Notes under the pieces: generated by a model | Told to the model about the DNA's origin: nothing | The model's input: only the letters and a program-made list of their open reading frames with translations | Databases searched by the model: none | Shown here: in pieces, positions 19,794 to 28,433 of the stretch | Numbering within the stretch: the stretch's first letter is position 1 | Layout of the letters: each line of letters begins with the position of its first letter | Translations under genes and position numbers: made by a program | IMG/VR virus record: IMGVR_UViG_3300032579_000006 | DNA: 64,000 nt | Strand: one strand, 5' to 3' | From: a virus | Lineage: Duplodnaviria; Heunggongvirae; Uroviricota; Caudoviricetes

Positions 19794-21041
19794 ATGGCTC
19801 GCGCTAAAACGACTACTGTTCGTAGGACTAAGAAGACAGTCAAAGCTGCCCCTCGTGTAAAGCGCGGAGCTAAGGTTGTTGGTCCTAGCTTTGATGGTTG
19901 GGAATCCTGGTCCGGTGAAGTTTATCACCTCAATCGACTTAAGGCCCGTGACTTCTTCTACGAAAATTACAAGTTGGTTGACCTTCTTCCCGATGTTTGG
20001 GCTTGGATGAAGGATAATAAGTATAACGTTAATGATATTCGTGCTGCAAAGACTCAAAGTATCGGTTTTGGTGTCGCTATTAACTGCAAGCTTCTTCGGC
20101 AAGGAATGCCGGACTACAACAAGACCCATGCAGAATACTGGGAAGCTTTGCCTGGTACCGGTGACAAGCTGTATCCAGTTACAGAACACACTCGTCGTAT
20201 GATTGATGAAGCTGTGAAGAAGGGTAAGCAGATCGTAGATGCTGAAAAGAAAGCAGAACAAGAATCTGCTGCCAAGCCCGCTCGTCAAAACGTTCAAGAA
20301 ATCATGCGTGAGCGTGCTAGCGAAGCTGCTGCTGAGATTGAAGGTATGTATGATTCCTTCATCGCTGCTGGCTGCCCCAAAGAGTTTAGTATGGACAAGG
20401 TAGTCCAAAAAGAATTGGACGAACGCAAAGTTCTTCCGCAACATATTCCGACGCTGATTAAGCCTTGGGAACGTCTTCGTGCCGAATACGTCGATCTGCA
20501 GGATGGTAGGGACAAGCAACTTGTCGAAGGCTACGCTCGCTTCTCTAAGATGCAAGTTCGCAACATCGTCAAGATGATTGATCAAATCATCAATGATCTG
20601 AATGCGTATATCGCTATTAAGAAAGCCACTAAAGCTACTGGTGTTCGGACCCGCAAGCCTGTTCCGATTGAAAAGATCGTTGCGAAGCTTAAGTATCTCA
20701 AAACCTTGAAGGATGAGGCCACAAAGGTTGATCTGACCAGTCTGCATCCTTCTAAGCTTCATGGGTGCACCGAAGCCTGGGTGTACGACACTGCAAAGCG
20801 AAAGCTGCATCACTATGTGGCCGATAACTACAGTCAGGTGCTGTCTGTGAAGGGCAACACTCTGCTCGGGTTTGACATAAAGGACAGTGAAGTTAAGACT
20901 GTTCGCAAGCCGGCTGAGCAACTCAAAGCTGTGATGGGCAGTCGTCCAGCTGCACGCAAGTTCTTCAAGGACATCAAGGCTGTCGCTACGTGCCCGAATG
21001 GTCGCTTCAACGACAAGATGATTATTTTGAAAGTTTATTAA
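19794..21041 (+). CDS. hypothetical protein with highly basic N-terminus
   Basis: 415-aa ORF with a good SD (GGAGATATCC ATG). Local GC is about 50%, against about 38% for the flanks. The antisense ORF 19767-20921 is judged an artefact. Confidence 0.5.
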   Translation: MARAKTTTVRRTKKTVKAAPRVKRGAKVVGPSFDGWESWSGEVYHLNRLKARDFFYENYKLVDLLPDVWAWMKDNKYNVNDIRAAKTQSIGFGVAINCKLLRQGMPDYNKTHAEYWEALPGTGDKLYPVTEHTRRMIDEAVKKGKQIVDAEKKAEQESAAKPARQNVQEIMRERASEAAAEIEGMYDSFIAAGCPKEFSMDKVVQKELDERKVLPQHIPTLIKPWERLRAEYVDLQDGRDKQLVEGYARFSKMQVRNIVKMIDQIINDLNAYIAIKKATKATGVRTRKPVPIEKIVAKLKYLKTLKDEATKVDLTSLHPSKLHGCTEAWVYDTAKRKLHHYVADNYSQVLSVKGNTLLGFDIKDSEVKTVRKPAEQLKAVMGSRPAARKFFKDIKAVATCPNGRFNDKMIILKVY

Positions 21042-21050
21042 GGAAAAAAG

Positions 21051-21500
21051 ATGAAAAATATTGACCTAAACAAGTACAAGGACTTTGTACAAGCTGTAAC
21101 TAGCAAAGAAAGCAATGATCTGCAGGAGTTTCAGCGGCGTCTAGCCCAACTGGATCAAAACTTCGAAGACTATGGCCCTAATGGTGAAATGCAGAATGGC
21201 CCAAACATTAACGTCCCGCTTCTAATCACTTCGGGACTAGGTCTGGGCAGTGAAGCAGGTGAATTCCAAGAAATCCTAAAGAAGCTTCTCTTTCAAGGAA
21301 AGCCTCTTACCGAAGAAAACGTATTCCACATGAAGCGTGAGCTAGGGGACGTTATCTGGTATTGGGTAAATGCGTGTCGCGCTCTTGGTCTTGACCCAAA
21401 TGATGTTATCGTAGAGAACGTCAACAAGCTAGAATCTCGCTATCCAGGCGGAGAATTTGATCCGTTCTATAGCGAAAATCGTCAAGTCGGTGATCTGTAA
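21051..21500 (+). CDS. mazG: MazG-family nucleoside triphosphate pyrophosphohydrolase
   Basis: EAGEFQEILKK...RELGDVIWYWVNACRALGLDPNDVI core of the MazG fold. Confidence 0.8.
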   Translation: MKNIDLNKYKDFVQAVTSKESNDLQEFQRRLAQLDQNFEDYGPNGEMQNGPNINVPLLITSGLGLGSEAGEFQEILKKLLFQGKPLTEENVFHMKRELGDVIWYWVNACRALGLDPNDVIVENVNKLESRYPGGEFDPFYSENRQVGDL

Positions 21501-21762
21501 CACAGAAAGCAGTGCAATGGTTGAAGATGATCATCTGAACCTACGAGCCATCGTAGTAGCTAAACGAATGAAATGGTTTGAGGAAAACATCTATGACATT
21601 CGTAGGAGCGAATTTGCTAAGGATCTATCAAAGTATAAGGTTTTGTTTGATCTACAATCAGGCTACTTTACTCTGAATGAAAAGTTGATTAACGAACTTG
21701 AATCCATTGCTACTGTTTTAGAAGAAAAATATAAGCCAGAAGACGCTTTTATGTTTGAATAG
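21457..21762 (+). CDS. hypothetical protein
   Basis: 101-aa ORF. Confidence 0.4.
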   Translation: MIRSIAKIVKSVICNTESSAMVEDDHLNLRAIVVAKRMKWFEENIYDIRRSEFAKDLSKYKVLFDLQSGYFTLNEKLINELESIATVLEEKYKPEDAFMFE

Positions 21763-21813
21763 GAGCTGCGGTATGCGTTTCCTGATAAATACTATCAACA
21801 GGAAACGCACATG
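21761..21813 (+). promoter_or_regulatory. translational coupling device: SD + 13-codon uORF (MRFLINTINRKRT) + 11-bp hairpin occluding the RBS of the downstream gene
   Basis: AGGAG at 21761, ATG at 21773. Stem TGCGTTTCCTG (21774-21784) pairs with CAGGAAACGCA (21799-21809). The uORF stop TGA overlaps the ATG at 21811 (ATGA). Confidence 0.5.
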
Positions 21814-22596
21814 ACCGCAAGCATTCTATCAACACCGACAAACTACAATCTTGAAGAAATCAAAGAAGCGTTCTTTGAAAATATCAGACTGCGTTTAGGC
21901 GGAGATATAATCGACCTAGAAATTGATCCGCAGCACTATGAGGCTGCGTACAACTATACGATCAAAACTTATCGTCAACGTGCGCAAAACGCGACCCAAG
22001 AGTCATATACTCTGATGACGGTAATCAAAAACGTAGACACGTATACACTACCCAGTGACTTTATCAACGTGCGCTGTTTGTATCGTAGAACAGTGGGTTT
22101 AGAAACAGGGCCATCGTCATCTTCGTTCGATCCATTCTCAAGCGCAATTCTCAATACGTATTTGTTGAATTACAACTATACGGGCGGCATGGCGACGTAT
22201 GACTTCTATGCAGGATACGTTGAGCTAGCAGCACGTATGTTCGGTGGATACTTGACATACACATTTGATCCGGTAACAAAGGTCCTACGTATTACTCGTG
22301 ATTTTAAAGGTACGGGTGAACGCATTCTTATTTGGGCTGACATACAACGCCCAGAAGCTGTTCTTTTACAAGATCCGGGCGCCGGCGTTTGGATCGGAGA
22401 CTTCATGCTTGCGGTGCTTAAAGGTATCATGGGTGAAGCTCGTGAAAAGTTTAGCACCGTTGTGGGTCCAGGTGGAGGAACTACCCTAAACGGTACTGCT
22501 ATGAAAGCAGAGTCAAAGGCTGATATGGAACGACTGCTAACTGAACTCAAGAAGTATGTGGATTATTCACAACCCCTGACATGGATTCAAGGTTAA
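21811..22596 (+). CDS. hypothetical protein (possible virion/neck component)
   Basis: 261-aa ORF whose RBS is sequestered in the hairpin above. Confidence 0.4.
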   Translation: MTASILSTPTNYNLEEIKEAFFENIRLRLGGDIIDLEIDPQHYEAAYNYTIKTYRQRAQNATQESYTLMTVIKNVDTYTLPSDFINVRCLYRRTVGLETGPSSSSFDPFSSAILNTYLLNYNYTGGMATYDFYAGYVELAARMFGGYLTYTFDPVTKVLRITRDFKGTGERILIWADIQRPEAVLLQDPGAGVWIGDFMLAVLKGIMGEAREKFSTVVGPGGGTTLNGTAMKAESKADMERLLTELKKYVDYSQPLTWIQG

Positions 22597-22597
22597 C

Positions 22598-22945
22598 ATG
22601 AGAATTGCTGAAATATTTTCTCCAAGTGAACCATACCGTGCTCCTCACCATGGTCGGGAACTTGAGTTGATGCTTGCTGGTACAAAGCCGGCTGCATTGA
22701 TTGACGCCTCTCCCGGATTCAAGGAAAAAGCGGATAAGTTAATACAGCAAGGTCGTATCAAACTTATTGCAAAAGACCAAAACGGAGATTATGTTATCAC
22801 TTTGCCCGGTGAAGAATGGCGAGGGGAAGAGATATTAAAACTTATATCTTCTTCAGATAGAGGCAGGGAGTATGACATCAAATTGGGTAAATTATTGGGA
22901 TACTCCGACGAAGCTATTCAGTGGTGGATAGATCAAACCGATTGA
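22598..22945 (+). CDS. hypothetical protein
   Basis: 115-aa ORF, translationally coupled (TAACATG). Confidence 0.4.
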   Translation: MRIAEIFSPSEPYRAPHHGRELELMLAGTKPAALIDASPGFKEKADKLIQQGRIKLIAKDQNGDYVITLPGEEWRGEEILKLISSSDRGREYDIKLGKLLGYSDEAIQWWIDQTD

Positions 22946-22976
22946 CATTCTATAGCTACTGTGCTATTATAATTAA

Positions 22977-23612
22977 ATGATCATAGGAATTACAGGCAAG
23001 ATCGGATCCGGCAAGGATACCGCAGCAGACTATCTGTGCACCGTTCATGGATTCAAACGCATGAGCTTTGCTGGAACTCTTAAAGATGCTGTATCAGCAG
23101 TCTTCAACTGGGATAGAGAACTCCTTGAAGGCTCTACCAAAACAAGCAGAGAATGGAGAGAGACTGTTGACCAATGGTGGGCTGACAGACTAGGTATTCC
23201 AAATCTAACTCCTCGTTGGATTCTTCAGCAATGGGGGACAGATGTTTGTAGGAAAAGCTTTCACAATGACATCTGGGTAGCTTCAGTCGAGAATCGGCTC
23301 CTAGTTACAAAGGATGATATCGTCATCACTGACTGCAGGTTCCCAAATGAGATTAATGCTATCCAGTCAGCAGGCGGAATCACTATGAGAACTAATCGCG
23401 GCGGCACCTACATATGGGAACAGTTCGCTGCTAAGTTCAACAACTCGACGGATGAAGAAGAACGCAATCATCTTAAGCTCATCCTAGAGAAGGAATATGA
23501 AGTTCATGCTAGCGAATACAGTAGCGTTGGTCTAGAATATGATTGCCAGATAGATAATAATGGCACGATTGACAGTCTGCATCAGCAGATTGAATCAATA
23601 ATCAACGGTTAG
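22977..23612 (+). CDS. deoxynucleoside monophosphate kinase (T4 gp1-like)
   Basis: N-terminus MIIGITGKIGSGKDTAADYL closely parallels T4 gp1 (SGVKRSGKDTTADF). Confidence 0.65.
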   Translation: MIIGITGKIGSGKDTAADYLCTVHGFKRMSFAGTLKDAVSAVFNWDRELLEGSTKTSREWRETVDQWWADRLGIPNLTPRWILQQWGTDVCRKSFHNDIWVASVENRLLVTKDDIVITDCRFPNEINAIQSAGGITMRTNRGGTYIWEQFAAKFNNSTDEEERNHLKLILEKEYEVHASEYSSVGLEYDCQIDNNGTIDSLHQQIESIING

Positions 23613-24178
23613 GGTTAGACTTACAGTTATCAAAATGCCATCTAGCTAATATTAACTTTGTTCCTTCTTTACCGCAGTGCGGACAGGTTGTCTTTACAAC
23701 GCATTGATGAGTACCTTCGTCCGTGCGTTGTTTTGCTGATCTTCGTTGTATGTCTCCGGATAATAGATGGTGTTTTCCACTAGCTACTAATTCCCTTTGT
23801 AGCTTTCCTCCGACTAGGGCACTTTTTCCGTCTGCTATTTGTCTTCTCACCATGCTTCGTTGAAACTCACTATCTAAAAAGAGGTGTGTTCCGTTCTCTA
23901 GTCTTTTCTTATTGTGAAGGCTTGACAATTCGGATATTTTGCTAGGGGACACACTCATTCTTTGGGCTATTCTAATACACGCACCCCAGTCTCCTTGGGA
24001 ATAATGTATGTCGTAGTGATCTTGTATAGAGACGGCAATCAGATTGTTAGGATCGTTGTTTTTTCTATTCCCATCTAAGATGGTGTATTTCATAGGTTCT
24101 CCCATCCTCATCTACGGGGATGGGACCATTGTGGTCTTCGTATATTTTGCGGTAGTTGGTTTTTCTATAAATAGACAT
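23602..24178 (-). pseudogene. HNH homing endonuclease interrupted by a frameshift
   Basis: Minus-strand ATG at 24178 with SD AAGGAG gives MSIYRKTNYRKIYEDHNGPIPVDEDGRTYEIHHL and then a stop. The other frame continues DGNRKNNDPNNL...; together these form the canonical EIHH-DGN-NN-NL HNH core. One extra nucleotide near 24085 separates the two frames. Confidence 0.5.
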
Positions 24179-24186
24179 TGCTGATA

Positions 24187-24250
24187 CTCCTTGACAGTAT
24201 TAGAGTAGTTGGGGATTGCCGTCCCGCGAACTACATCTTTATTTATACCA
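24187..24250 (-). repeat. conserved ~65-nt element, copy A: TATAAATA late-promoter-like box + GTAGTT/AACTAC hairpin + AAGGAG SD, read on the minus strand
   Basis: Aligns over about 65 nt with 63446-63511 (copy B). Confidence 0.6.
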
Positions 24251-24595
24251 ATCTACTGTCAAATCTCCGCGTTTCCAAGTGACTTCTTTGCGCTTCACTA
24301 CTTCAACGCAATTCAAACATATCGTCCTTAAATTATTGAACGATACATTAGTTAAGTCCCCGTCAATGTGGAACACCGTTGTTTGGCTGGGATAAACTAC
24401 TTTAAATCCGCATAGGTCGCAAGTGGATTTTTTCTTGTATCCAGCCTTCTCCCAAGTATGAACCTGTGCCTTCTTTTTAGGCTTGTTCTTTCCACACCCA
24501 TCACAAATACTACGGTAATGCGTCACTCCGTTCTTCTTGTAGTTGACGGCACAGTAGTTCTTATTACAGGTCTTACAGATGGGTCTTTTCAGCAT
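24239..24595 (-). CDS. HNH endonuclease (Cys-rich, zinc-binding)
   Basis: FHIDGDLTNVSFNNLRTICLNC and CKTC...CDGC motifs. The start was chosen at the ATG MLKRPICKTC; the ORF track extends it to a TTG at 24637. Confidence 0.55.
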   Translation of the reverse strand: MLKRPICKTCNKNYCAVNYKKNGVTHYRSICDGCGKNKPKKKAQVHTWEKAGYKKKSTCDLCGFKVVYPSQTTVFHIDGDLTNVSFNNLRTICLNCVEVVKRKEVTWKRGDLTVDWYK

Positions 24596-24736
24596 ACTAA
24601 TACTTATCAAAAAACCTTCGAAGGTGCGTCTAACCAAGGATTTTTTAATCCTACGCTAAATAAGTGTTAGAAACCTAGTGTTACTAGCATTAGGGGACAG
24701 GTGGTAAACCTCATAATTATACAAAGGAAAAATAAT

Positions 24737-27700
24737 ATGACACTAGTTTCTCCAGGTGTAGAAGTAACGATCATTGATCAATCTCAATATCTTCCGGCCC
24801 CGCTCGGTACAATTCCTTTTGTTTTGCTCGCGACCGCAGCAAACAAAGCTGATCCTACTTCTACTTCTGTAGCAGTCGGAACCACAGCAGCAAACGCAAA
24901 CACGCTATTTCAAATCACTAGTCAACGTGATCTTGTAACTCTATATGGTAATCCATTCTTCTATACGACTTCGAATGGTACTCCTATTCAAGGATACGAA
25001 CTCAATGAATATGGTTTGCTAGCTGCATATTCTGCACTAGGTGTATCTAACTTAATTTACTGCCTAAGAGCAGATATCGACCTCGCAAGTCTAGTAGGAC
25101 AGACTGGTCGTCCTACTGGAAATCCAGCTGACGGAACTTATTGGTTAGATACTACTAACACCACTTGGGGCATTTACGAATTTAATTCTACTACTGGGCA
25201 ATTTGAAATTCAATCTCCGATTGAAATTAGCGATATTACGCTAGTATCTGCTGGATATCCAATTCAAAGCTTGGGTTCAGTGGGTGATTACGCGGTGATC
25301 GCAATTCCTAATTACACATATCCTTCTGCAAACAATGCTAAACAATTCTTCTATAAGAACTCATTTAATCAATGGGTGGCAATCGGAACGTCTGCTTGGT
25401 TCGCTTCGGTTCCTACGGTTCAAGGTAGCAATTCACTACCAACGTTGAATTCAGGTGATTCTATCAGCATTGCGATGGGTGGCCCTGCAAACGGAGCGAA
25501 TGGTCCCGTTTATACTATTACTGGACAGACTACTGTTTTTGGTCTAGCATCAGCTATTAATGCTTTACAGCGTCCGTATTTGTCAGCAAGTGTTGTAGGC
25601 GGAAATCTTCAACTTTTCTCTACACAAACTGGACAGGCTCCTAATAACAGCGTTCCGTTTTACATTAATATTTCAGGTACCGGCACAATGCTTACCTCCT
25701 TGGGCATTACCGCAGGTAATTATTTCCAACCGAATGTTGCCTATGGTACATCTGCACAGCAGCCATTATGGCAACAAGGTCAACTTTTCCCGAGCCCAAC
25801 TGGATCAGTTTGGATCAAGATTGGATCTGCTGGCACTGGATTCAATCCAGTAATATCACAATGGGACAGCACACAGGCAGTTTGGTCTTCTAAAACTGTA
25901 TCATTCGCTACTAGCGACGTTGCTGCGATCAATTCATTAGATTCAACTGGTGGAAAAAACATTCCAGCTGGAACGGTCTATGCGCAATACAACTATGATG
26001 CTGATATCATCAATACTTCAGGCGTTCCTGGTTATCAAGCAGGTCCAATTTATTATTGGGAAAGACTTACATCTGGTCCAACTGTAATTACTGGTTCTAT
26101 GCAAGATCCTACATTTACTAATGGCCCATATACTAGTCATGTGTATGTTTCAATTCCAGGATCAAACGGATTGTCAGCACCTTATACGCTTAGTGTCGCA
26201 GATAACGCTACAGCGCTTGACTTTGTAACTGCTTGGACGACTGCTGCTATTCCATATACAACAGCTATGTTATTGGATACTGGAGAAATTCAATTGACTC
26301 ACACTGAGGGTGGCGTGATCGTAGTAAATGACTTTGACACTAGTACATTCCAACCAAACGGTTTAATGAGTGACGCTGGATTTGTTGTAAGTTATACTGA
26401 AGGAGTCAAAGTTGGTCCGTTTGTATCACCATTGATGACACCTACACCAACATATACTACTGGCGTAGGAACCGATTTGTCAATTAGCGTTACTAATAAC
26501 TTCCAAAATTATCAAGTAAATCCTATTTCTTTTGCAAATCCAGGAACTGGTTATACTGTAGGAGACTTAGTAACATTCCCAGGTAGCCAATTAGGTGGTA
26601 CTGGTACTGGTGGAATTACTCCATCAGGAAATGACTTGACTGTAAGAGTTGAAGAAACTTCAACAGGAGCAGTCACTAAAGTTTCTTACTATGCAGGCTC
26701 CGGCGCCGCAAACTACATGGTTGAATTGTCAAATTGGATACAATTTTACATGACTGCAAACGAAGGCGCACCAACTGCGGCTCCTGCTGATCTAACAAAT
26801 TGGTTTTATAGTGTAGTAGATCAAGTAGATATTATGGTAAATACTACTACTGGATGGAAGGGCTATAGAAATGCATCATACAGCAGTTCAGGTCTTCCTC
26901 TTCCATCAGGATCAAACATGACCGACCCTAACGGACCACTTATAAGTGCTTCAGAACCAATGCTGCAATCAAGCGGTCAGGCCCTTGCATATGGTGATAT
27001 TTGGATCGACACTAGTGATCTAGAGAATTATCCTCTTATAAATCGTTGGGAAAGCGTAAATGGCGTAGATCAATGGGTAAGATTAGATAATACTGATCAG
27101 ACCAGTTCAACTGGTGTTCTGTTTGCAGATGCACGTTGGGCCACTACACAATACGTTAGCCCGGTTAATGATCCTATTCCAACGATCAAGTCATTGTTGA
27201 CTAGCAACTATCTTGATTTGGATGCACCAGATCCTACTTTATATCCAGTAGGTATGTTATTGTTCAATACTCGTCGTTCGGGATATAATGTAAAGCAATT
27301 CCGTTCTAACTACTTTAACAATAACAGATTCCCAGGAGCAAATATTCCCAATCAAACTGATGCCTGGGTAACAGAATCCGGGTTGCAAACAAACGGTGCT
27401 CCGTATATGGGCCGCAAGGCACAAAGAGCAATGGTTGTTAAGGCAATGCGTGAGGCAATCGACACAAATACTGCAATTCGTGACGAAGATAACGCATTCA
27501 CCTTGATTGCAACTCCGAACTATCCTGAACTACAACCTAACATGGTTGTTCTCAATAACGATAGAGGAGACACTGGATTCATCATCGGTGATACGCCGAT
27601 GAGACTAGCAGATGATGCTACCTTAATTCAAGCATGGGCAACTAATGCTGCCAACGCAACGTCAACTGGTGAAGACGGTCTTGTAACTCGTGATACTTAT

Positions 27701-28363
27701 TTGGGTCTGTTCTATCCATCAGGTATCACTTCTGACTTGAGCGGCAATCTTGTTGCAGTTCCTGCATCGCACATGATGATCAGAACATTCTTACGTAGTG
27801 ATAGTGTTTCTTATCCATGGTTTGCTCCAGCAGGTACGCGTCGTGGTATCATAGACAACGCTACCAACATCGGATACGTTAGTGCAATGACGGGTGAATT
27901 TGTAGTAGTTAAGAATTCTAGAGTCGGAATTCGTGACGTTCTATATTCTAATCAAATCAACCCACTGGTATTCTTCACTGGAAATGGATTGCTAAACTAC
28001 GGTAATAAAACTAGCTATGCATCAAATTCTGCACTTGATAGAGTTAACGTAGCAAGACTTATTGGATACATTCGTCGTCAATTGACAGTGGCAGCAAGAC
28101 CATTCGTATTCGAACCAAACGATAGTATCACTAGACAGCAAATCTCTGGTGTCATTCAAACCCTGTTTGTAGACCTAGTAGCAAAGCGCGGTGTATACGA
28201 TTATTTGGTTGTATGTGATTTGTCAAACAACACACCAGCAAGAATCGACAGAAATGAACTTTGGGTAGACTGTGCGATTGAGCCGGTGAAAGCAGCAGAA
28301 TTCATTTATATCCCAGTTCGCGTTCTTAATACTGGTGCATTGGGTAACAATGCTAGCTCATAA
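24737..28363 (+). CDS. contractile tail sheath protein (T4 gp18-like)
   Basis: N-terminus MTLVSPGVEVTIIDQS parallels T4 gp18 MTLLSPGIELKETTVQ. C-terminus YDYLVVCDLSNNTPARIDRNELWVDCAIEP parallels gp18 YEYRVVCDTTNNTPSVIDRNEF. The ORF track start at 24701 has no RBS; the ATG at 24737 has AAAGGAAAA upstream. Confidence 0.85.
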   Translation: MTLVSPGVEVTIIDQSQYLPAPLGTIPFVLLATAANKADPTSTSVAVGTTAANANTLFQITSQRDLVTLYGNPFFYTTSNGTPIQGYELNEYGLLAAYSALGVSNLIYCLRADIDLASLVGQTGRPTGNPADGTYWLDTTNTTWGIYEFNSTTGQFEIQSPIEISDITLVSAGYPIQSLGSVGDYAVIAIPNYTYPSANNAKQFFYKNSFNQWVAIGTSAWFASVPTVQGSNSLPTLNSGDSISIAMGGPANGANGPVYTITGQTTVFGLASAINALQRPYLSASVVGGNLQLFSTQTGQAPNNSVPFYINISGTGTMLTSLGITAGNYFQPNVAYGTSAQQPLWQQGQLFPSPTGSVWIKIGSAGTGFNPVISQWDSTQAVWSSKTVSFATSDVAAINSLDSTGGKNIPAGTVYAQYNYDADIINTSGVPGYQAGPIYYWERLTSGPTVITGSMQDPTFTNGPYTSHVYVSIPGSNGLSAPYTLSVADNATALDFVTAWTTAAIPYTTAMLLDTGEIQLTHTEGGVIVVNDFDTSTFQPNGLMSDAGFVVSYTEGVKVGPFVSPLMTPTPTYTTGVGTDLSISVTNNFQNYQVNPISFANPGTGYTVGDLVTFPGSQLGGTGTGGITPSGNDLTVRVEETSTGAVTKVSYYAGSGAANYMVELSNWIQFYMTANEGAPTAAPADLTNWFYSVVDQVDIMVNTTTGWKGYRNASYSSSGLPLPSGSNMTDPNGPLISASEPMLQSSGQALAYGDIWIDTSDLENYPLINRWESVNGVDQWVRLDNTDQTSSTGVLFADARWATTQYVSPVNDPIPTIKSLLTSNYLDLDAPDPTLYPVGMLLFNTRRSGYNVKQFRSNYFNNNRFPGANIPNQTDAWVTESGLQTNGAPYMGRKAQRAMVVKAMREAIDTNTAIRDEDNAFTLIATPNYPELQPNMVVLNNDRGDTGFIIGDTPMRLADDATLIQAWATNAANATSTGEDGLVTRDTYLGLFYPSGITSDLSGNLVAVPASHMMIRTFLRSDSVSYPWFAPAGTRRGIIDNATNIGYVSAMTGEFVVVKNSRVGIRDVLYSNQINPLVFFTGNGLLNYGNKTSYASNSALDRVNVARLIGYIRRQLTVAARPFVFEPNDSITRQQISGVIQTLFVDLVAKRGVYDYLVVCDLSNNTPARIDRNELWVDCAIEPVKAAEFIYIPVRVLNTGALGNNASS

Positions 28364-28371
28364 TATAGTTA

Positions 28372-28397
28372 AAGTGGGTGCTTTAGGGCACCCACTT
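28372..28397 (+). terminator. hairpin downstream of the sheath gene (attenuator-like, no T-run)
   Basis: AAGTGGGTGC-tttagg-GCACCCACTT, a 10-bp stem followed by an A-run. Confidence 0.35.
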
Positions 28398-28433
28398 TAA
28401 AAAGATAAATACTTATAACAGGAGAATACAAAA

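Noticed and set aside
19767-20921. 384-aa minus-strand ORF antisense to the 415-aa gene
   Set aside because: It lies in the GC-richer island where long spurious antisense ORFs are expected. It has odd composition and no RBS, whereas the sense ORF has a good SD. Only one of the two can be real.
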